Below are positions 27,122 to 32,000 of a DNA stretch of 32,000 nt, piece after piece. The notes beneath the pieces were generated by a model. That model ran no database searches and was not told where the DNA came from. It saw only the letters and a program-made list of their open reading frames with translations. The DNA is taken from assembly GCA_028710695.1 (NCBI GenBank), contig JAQTTP010000003.1, positions 1-32,000 on the forward strand, read 5' to 3'. The stretch is from Candidatus Iainarchaeum sp. Lineage in GTDB: Archaea > Iainarchaeota > Iainarchaeia > Iainarchaeales > 0-14-0-20-30-16. The position numbers and the translations under genes are program-made. Position 1 is the stretch's first letter. Each line of letters begins with the position of its first letter.

Positions 27122-29161
27122 TTACTTTTTCTTTAATTCTAATTTTTCAATGGAGAGGTTATGGTTATATTCTCCTTCAGAATGTTTTGTTGATTTTACT
27201 ATTTCTACTTTCTTTTTGAAACTTGGAGAGTCTAAAACAAAGGATTCATACTCTCCGCCTTCTCCTGCAATATTGAAACCGAGCTTTTCGTTTATCTTTT
27301 TAAGTTTTTCCAACATTTTTTTGTCTATCTCTTTTCCAAGATCTTCTTGAGTTAGACCGTGGGCACAAATTTTTGTGATTATTGCTTTTATTCCTCTGCT
27401 TATTAGTTCATTAACTTCTTGTTCTTGGTTTTTGTGCCATAACGGCGCCAAGCATTTTAAACCTAATTTTTCAGTAATAATTTCAATTCTATCTCTTTGA
27501 TATTCTGAAAATATTGCTCCACTTGCAATTGAATTTATATTATATTTTTCTTTTGCAATCTTTATTGCTTTTTCTAATTCTTTTAACTCAAGTTCTTTTT
27601 CTCCTTTTGTTTTTAATACAATAATTGGAATCTCTAATGCCTTTGCCTGAAGTTTTGCTAAAGAAATGTTTGGTGTATGGTACATGTAAGAATCTTTATT
27701 TTTACTATCAATTGTAATTAAACATTTAATATCATAATTCATGCTTTTTAAAATTTCTAAAGTCAAAACAGAATCTTTTCCGCCTGTAAAAAGAATTCCA
27801 ACATTATCATTATTTTTTGAAATATATTTTTTGTAGTATTCTCCTTTTTGTTTTAACTCGCCCTTTGCAAGTTTTGTTATTGCTTTATCAAATCCGCTGC
27901 TAAATTGTGCTGCCTTTCTTGCTCTAAATGCAATTTCTTTTGGGAGATAATCTGATGCAATTTCTCTCAAAATATATTTCTTTATTTTATCCTTTATTTT
28001 GTGCTTTATATCAATATTTATTGCATACTTTACTAGTTCTTTGTCCAGGAGCGGTACTCTAAGCTCAATAGAATTATTCATACAAATTAAATCGTCTCTA
28101 TAAAGGTCTCTGTGGAAAATATTCTTTAAACCATAAAGCCCGTCTTTGTTTGAAGTGTATCTGTCGTATCCAATAAACACATCTTCACTGCCTAATCCAC
28201 TTAGCATAACTTTGATTCCGTCTTTCTTTGCTTCTTTTGTGCAAAAGTAGAATGGTAATGCAACTCCAATTTTTACAGGATCCGATGTTTCTAATATTTT
28301 TATAATTTCTGGCAGTGCTTTAAGAATTTCTTTTTCTGTTGCAATAATTTTTTTTAGTTTTAATCCTAAATGTTTTGCAACAATTTCCGCGTATTTTTCG
28401 TCTTCGCTTTTTGTTATCGCAGACGCAACATAGCAAGTAATATTTTTGTTGTACTTCTTGGCGATTGCTGTTATAATACTTGAATCTACTCCGCCAGAAA
28501 GAAGTATTCCTATTTTCTTGTTTGTGTTTACTCTTTTTTTAACTGCCTGTTCAAGTAGGGCCTTAATGTCCTGTTTTTCTTTGCCTAAGTTTACTTTGCA
28601 GGTTAGTTCTTTGTAAAAATCAATAAAATGAGTATTTGTTTTTTTTGTTTTTAAATTATATTCTAAAATATTTCTTGGGTGTAAATCTTGTGCAGTTTCT
28701 TGTGCGAACTTTGGTAATGCCTTTTTTTCAGATGCAAAATAAAATCCTTTTTTTGTGTTTGAATACCAAATTGGTTTTAACCCAAAAAAATCTCTTGCAA
28801 GTAGGGCAATATTTTTATCAGCATATACAAAAGCGTAATCACCGTCTAATTCTTTAATGGCATCTATATTTTTTTTCTTTAATAATTTAAATAAAAGTTC
28901 AGCATCATTTTTTGCACCAAGTTTGTATTTTTTGTTTAGTTCTTCCCAATTATAAATTTCACAATTAGCAGCTAATATTGCCTCTTTGTCAGATATTGGC
29001 TGTGGAATGTTTTCAACAATAGCAAGTAGGTTTTGTCCAAAGGTAGAATTATTCCAAGAAACGACTTTTGAAGAGTCTGGGCCCCTGTGTTTTAGCACAA
29101 GAAGCATTTCTTTCACAGTTTTCTCATCCTTCTTGTTGATTATTCCTGCTATTCCGCACAT
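27122..29161 (-). CDS. Fusion protein: glutamine-hydrolysing asparagine synthase (GATase II + synthase PP-loop) with a C-terminal diphthine-ammonia ligase (Dph6/ATP_bind_4) domain
   Basis: MCGIAGI (Cys2 amidotransferase), GILLSGGVDSSIITA and SGLGSEDVFIGYDRY (AsnB), then GILFTGGKDSVLTLEIL, SGAIFSEYQRDRIE, LAPLW and GEGGEYESFVLDSP (Dph6). Confidence 0.9.
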   Translation of the reverse strand: MCGIAGIINKKDEKTVKEMLLVLKHRGPDSSKVVSWNNSTFGQNLLAIVENIPQPISDKEAILAANCEIYNWEELNKKYKLGAKNDAELLFKLLKKKNIDAIKELDGDYAFVYADKNIALLARDFFGLKPIWYSNTKKGFYFASEKKALPKFAQETAQDLHPRNILEYNLKTKKTNTHFIDFYKELTCKVNLGKEKQDIKALLEQAVKKRVNTNKKIGILLSGGVDSSIITAIAKKYNKNITCYVASAITKSEDEKYAEIVAKHLGLKLKKIIATEKEILKALPEIIKILETSDPVKIGVALPFYFCTKEAKKDGIKVMLSGLGSEDVFIGYDRYTSNKDGLYGLKNIFHRDLYRDDLICMNNSIELRVPLLDKELVKYAINIDIKHKIKDKIKKYILREIASDYLPKEIAFRARKAAQFSSGFDKAITKLAKGELKQKGEYYKKYISKNNDNVGILFTGGKDSVLTLEILKSMNYDIKCLITIDSKNKDSYMYHTPNISLAKLQAKALEIPIIVLKTKGEKELELKELEKAIKIAKEKYNINSIASGAIFSEYQRDRIEIITEKLGLKCLAPLWHKNQEQEVNELISRGIKAIITKICAHGLTQEDLGKEIDKKMLEKLKKINEKLGFNIAGEGGEYESFVLDSPSFKKKVEIVKSTKHSEGEYNHNLSIEKLELKKK

Positions 29162-29236
29162 AATGTAAATCAGGTAGGAATTAATTTATAAGTTTGTTTC
29201 TCTTTTGTCACAAAGGTTTAAATAATTTATGTGTAT

Positions 29237-29251
29237 TACATATATTATGTA
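29237..29251. promoter_or_regulatory. Perfect palindrome (TACATA-tat-TATGTA) just upstream of the antitoxin start; candidate autoregulatory operator
   Basis: 6+3+6 palindrome 20 bp before ATG 29271, with an AT-rich TATA-like tttaaataattt upstream. Confidence 0.4.
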
Positions 29252-29270
29252 TGTGCTGGGGGTTGAGATT

Positions 29271-29489
29271 ATGCCTGCGATAACTTTATCAGTTCCACAA
29301 GATTTAAAGTCTGAGATGGATAAATCTAAGTTTATAAACTGGTCCGAAGTTGCTAGAGAAGCGATAAAGGAAAAAGTGGTTCAACTTAGAATTCTTGATG
29401 ATATTGCAAAAAAATCAAAATTGACTGAAAAAGATGCAATAGACATTAGCAAAAAAATAAACCAGGGAATGAGCAAAAGATATAAGTGA
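29271..29489 (+). CDS. vapB: Ribbon-helix-helix antitoxin (VapB-like)
   Basis: PAITLSVPQDLKSEMDKSKFINWSEVAREAIKEKV typical RHH; directly precedes a PIN-domain gene; start refined from 29229. Confidence 0.75.
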   Translation: MPAITLSVPQDLKSEMDKSKFINWSEVAREAIKEKVVQLRILDDIAKKSKLTEKDAIDISKKINQGMSKRYK

Positions 29490-29493
29490 TTTT

Positions 29494-29904
29494 ATGGATC
29501 TAGTTATAGATACAAACATACTAATATCTGCTTTAATAAGTAGTAATGGAAAAATAAGAGAACTAATCTTTTCAGATAAATTTAAACTTTTTGCCCCAGA
29601 ATATGTGTTTTTGGAAATCTATGAACATAAACAAGAAATAATCAAAAAAGCAGAACTTTCTGAATCAGAGTTTGAGTTAGCACTTTCTGTATTATTTACG
29701 AAGATTATTATAACTCCTTCTGAAGAAATCAAAGTTTTTTCTGAAAAAGCAAAACAAGTTTGCCCTGATTTTGACGACTGGCCTTTTTTTGCACTGGCTA
29801 TATTGAAGAATATTCCTCTTTGGAGTGATGACAAGGATTTAAAACAACAAGACGTGATAAAAGTGATGTCTACTAAAGAAATAATTGCCCTATTTTTGTC
29901 CTAA
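29494..29904 (+). CDS. vapC: PIN-domain ribonuclease toxin (VapC-like)
   Basis: LVIDTNILISALIS; acidic residues at FLEIYEH and DFDDWPFFALAI; 4 bp after the antitoxin stop. Confidence 0.8.
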   Translation: MDLVIDTNILISALISSNGKIRELIFSDKFKLFAPEYVFLEIYEHKQEIIKKAELSESEFELALSVLFTKIIITPSEEIKVFSEKAKQVCPDFDDWPFFALAILKNIPLWSDDKDLKQQDVIKVMSTKEIIALFLS

Positions 29905-29948
29905 TACCTAATAATTTCTTTTTAATCTTTCCGCTACATAAAGATATT

Positions 29949-30010
29949 GGAACGATGATGATGTTAACCCCTGCTGAATATGGTGATGATTGATTGGCGG
30001 GCTGAGTTCC
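29949..30010 (+). ncRNA. Box C/D sRNA (2'-O-methylation guide)
   Basis: Stem GGAAC...GTTCC; box C ATGATGA (29955-29961), 12-nt guide TGTTAACCCCTG, D' CTGA (29974-29977), 5-nt spacer, C' GTGATGA (29983-29989), 12-nt guide TTGATTGGCGGG, D CTGA (30002-30005). Confidence 0.88.
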
Positions 30011-30012
30011 TA

Positions 30013-30046
30013 AGCTTTTTCTTTCTTAAAAAGAAAGGAAAAAGCT
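30013..30046. terminator. Long A/T-rich hairpin directly after the sRNA
   Basis: AGCTTTTTCTTTCTT-aaa-AAGAAAG(G)AAAAAGCT, 15-bp stem with one bulge. Confidence 0.4.
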
Positions 30047-30070
30047 ACAGTCTTGCAAAAAGAAAGAATG

Positions 30071-30087
30071 CAGACCACAAGGGTCTG
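30071..30087. terminator. GC-rich small hairpin followed by TTTATA
   Basis: CAGACC-acaag-GGTCTG. Confidence 0.35.
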
Positions 30088-30104
30088 TTTATAAAGAAAA
30101 AAAG

Positions 30105-30119
30105 TGGACGTAAAGTCCA
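30105..30119 (-). terminator. Hairpin downstream of the 358-aa minus-strand gene
   Basis: TGGAC-gtaaa-GTCCA; on the minus strand followed by CTTTTTTTC; shares GACGTAAAGTC with 20640-20650. Confidence 0.4.
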
Positions 30120-30138
30120 TGTGAACTTTAAAAAATTT

Positions 30139-31215
30139 TTATCTCATTAAATCTTCTTCGTCCATTTCTGATGCAAATTTGTCTAGTTCTTTTGGACCTG
30201 TTCTTACGGCCACATTTAAAATTGCAGTAACATAATTGAACAAAGCTCTTTCAGGAACATTATTTTTTGATCCCCAAGCCACAATTTCTGCTAATTTACT
30301 AAATAAGTAAGTATCACTTATTTGTGCCCCGTATTTTCTTTTATACATTTCTTCTGCAGTTAATAAAGATTCAAAACATTCCAATCTTTTTTCTGGATCT
30401 CTTATTGCAGATAATATTCTGCTTGTTCTATGAAATTCAGGATCTGTTGCCCCGTCATAAAAAGAAAGATTACTTCCTCTTTCTATTGCCTCAAAACTTT
30501 TAGCTACCATTTTTTTCATTGTTTCAATTGGCATGCCTTCACAATATCTTGTAATCTGAGATATTGCATAAAGTACGTTAGAATACCTTCCTTTTAAAAG
30601 TCTGCTATTTTTTGGATAATTATTGCCAATATTATTTAGCCAAAAATAAAACTTTTCTCTTTCTCTTGGGCTTAAATTTGTTCTTGATTCAATTTCTCCA
30701 TGAAAATATTCGCTTAATATGCTAGTAATCCAAGGATCGCGGGAACGTTTTTTTTCGTCATATCTACTAAGTTCTGCTCTTTTTTCTATTGCTGATCTCT
30801 CAAGTTCTCTTAATTTTGCGGCCCTTTCTTGTCTTTTTTTACGTTCCCAAAATTTAAATGTTTTTGCTTCTAACTCTTTTGCTCTTCTACCTTGCTCAGC
30901 AATAACAAAATTCCGTCTTGCATTTTCATCAGTAATTAGTTTATCATAAACTTGTTTTGAAGCATATTGTTCTTTACTTAAAGGTGATGAAATTCTATTT
31001 AATCTATGATTTAACATTTCTAAAATTCGTAATCCTTGTGGTCTGTTTACTCTTCCTACTTCTATTCCTTTTGTTACTGCTTGTATCTGTCTTTGTATTT
31101 GTGATACAACTTTACGTCTTTGAGTTTCTAGTTGAACTGGTCGTAGTTTGTGTATTTCAAATATTTTTTCTTTGGGCAATTCTCGTCTTTCTAGTTCTCT
31201 TACTCTGACAGCCAT
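30139..31215 (-). CDS. Hypothetical protein, 358 aa, highly charged and helical N-terminal half
   Basis: Long intact ORF MAVRVRELERRELPKEKIFEIHKLRPVQLETQRRKVV...; no domain recognised. Confidence 0.7.
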   Translation of the reverse strand: MAVRVRELERRELPKEKIFEIHKLRPVQLETQRRKVVSQIQRQIQAVTKGIEVGRVNRPQGLRILEMLNHRLNRISSPLSKEQYASKQVYDKLITDENARRNFVIAEQGRRAKELEAKTFKFWERKKRQERAAKLRELERSAIEKRAELSRYDEKKRSRDPWITSILSEYFHGEIESRTNLSPREREKFYFWLNNIGNNYPKNSRLLKGRYSNVLYAISQITRYCEGMPIETMKKMVAKSFEAIERGSNLSFYDGATDPEFHRTSRILSAIRDPEKRLECFESLLTAEEMYKRKYGAQISDTYLFSKLAEIVAWGSKNNVPERALFNYVTAILNVAVRTGPKELDKFASEMDEEDLMR

Positions 31216-31284
31216 AATTAATATAGTTTTGAAAACTAATAAATACTTATTGTGTCATATAATGTCTTTGAATGGGGTAAAAAT

Positions 31285-31899
31285 ATGGATATTAGAAATT
31301 TATATTTGCTTGTTCATCCATTATTTGGCTTGTATATTGGTAAACTTGAAAGTCAAAAAATAATTACACGTTATGAACTTGATGGTTATAATAAAAAACA
31401 AACAGTGAGACATTTATTGAGTTAATATTTGGATGCTGCCAATTTGGTGAAAAAAGATGCTAATGCTGCGTTAGTAGTGGTATATTATCCAGATACAACT
31501 TTTACTAATTCTTGTGAAAGGGACTTGAAATTTGTAGATAAAACAACTTGGACAGATCAAGAGAAAGAACAAGCAAAAAGATTAGTAATTGCACATTATG
31601 AAAAATTAAAAAAAGTACAAGCATTACTTATGGGTGCATTAAGAAAAAAACTTGGACCCAAATTATTTGTTTCAGAAAATTGGATATCTGCAGAAGCAAT
31701 TTCTGAGTTAAGAGCGCAAGGGATTGGAAAGCACACAAAACTAATTGCTTTTGGAGAACAAGAAGATGTGTGTGTTAGAGAGAATGCAAAACAGATAGAA
31801 TTTGATTTGGGCCTTAGAAATAGAAATGTACATTATGATCGACAAAGAACAAATAAGGGAATACCCGATGTCTGTAAAGCCCATATTAGACGGATTTGA
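31285..31899 (+). pseudogene. Unknown-function gene interrupted by one in-frame TAA (31423-31425); either a nonsense pseudogene, or a 46-aa ORF plus a TTG-initiated 156-aa ORF
   Basis: ATG 31285 frame reads MDIRNLYLLVHPLFGLYIGKLESQKIITRYELDGYNKKQTVRHLLS-stop-YLDAANLVKKDANAALVVVYYPD..., continuous with tracked ORF 31429..31899. Confidence 0.6.
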
Positions 31900-31909
31900 A
31901 TAATGTGTG

Positions 31910-32000
31910 TTATTTAATTTGCACAAATTCTCCATTCTGTATTTGTTTAATTATTATTTCTGTTTTCACATCTCCATTTTTGTCAAAATAGTTTGAAAGA
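31910..32000 (-). CDS. C-terminal fragment of a CDS continuing past the window edge
   Basis: Reverse frame open to the window end: SNYFDKNGDVKTEIIIKQIQNGEFVQIK-stop, convergent with the preceding gene. Confidence 0.35.
   Translation of the reverse strand, partial: LSNYFDKNGDVKTEIIIKQIQNGEFVQIK

Noticed and set aside
29229-29270. N-terminal MCITYIMYVLGVEI extension of the antitoxin in the ORF track
   Set aside because: This segment overlaps the palindrome and RBS region; the RHH domain begins at the ATG at 29271.
31423-31425. Recoding of the TAA as a special amino acid
   Set aside because: Pyrrolysine uses TAG and selenocysteine uses TGA; no known system recodes TAA in archaea. A nonsense mutation or error is more likely, so it is reported only as an in-frame stop.
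1-32000. CRISPR arrays, tRNA genes, rRNA genes, transposases, inteins
   Set aside because: Looked for by eye in all intergenic regions and ORFs; no regularly spaced repeats, no tRNA-like T-arm/anticodon pattern, and no transposase or intein motifs were seen. A tRNAscan-SE/Infernal run would be needed for certainty.

Overview
This 32-kb window is AT-rich archaeal DNA. Gene order and the small, divergent proteins suggest a DPANN-type lineage, but that placement is inference. The core is the classical archaeal RNAP/translation operon on the + strand: rpoH, rpoB'' and rpoB' (split), rpoA', rpoA'', rpl30e, rps12, rps7, EF-2, EF-1alpha, rps10. nusA, usually found between L30e and S12, is absent. 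Upstream lie a very large secreted/surface protein that enters from before the window edge (transglycosylase-like plus SGNH hydrolase-like domains), a small unknown protein, and a Cys/Met-metabolism PLP enzyme. Downstream lie two SAM methyltransferases, a Taw1-like radical SAM protein, a membrane protein with an HMA-like tail, a nucleotidyltransferase gene whose N-terminal half the ORF track misses, a deaminase, a cold-shock protein, a CcdA/thioredoxin-like pair, an AsnB-Dph6 fusion, a VapBC-like pair, a box C/D sRNA, and an unknown gene interrupted by one in-frame TAA. Main leads: (1) the AsnB + diphthine-ammonia ligase fusion, in the same window as an EF-2 that keeps the diphthamide histidine; (2) the >1,970-residue surface protein carrying cell-wall-hydrolase-like domains in an archaeon; (3) an unannotated box C/D sRNA with exact 12/12-nt guide geometry; (4) a nucleotidyltransferase ORF that seems to lack an AUG/GUG/UUG start and has AUA at the expected position; (5) a gene split by a single in-frame TAA; (6) a NADHDGD catalytic motif in RpoA' in place of NADFDGD; (7) a recurrent GTGAT-N4-ATG initiation module that shifts several ORF-track starts. 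No CRISPR array, tRNA or rRNA was found.
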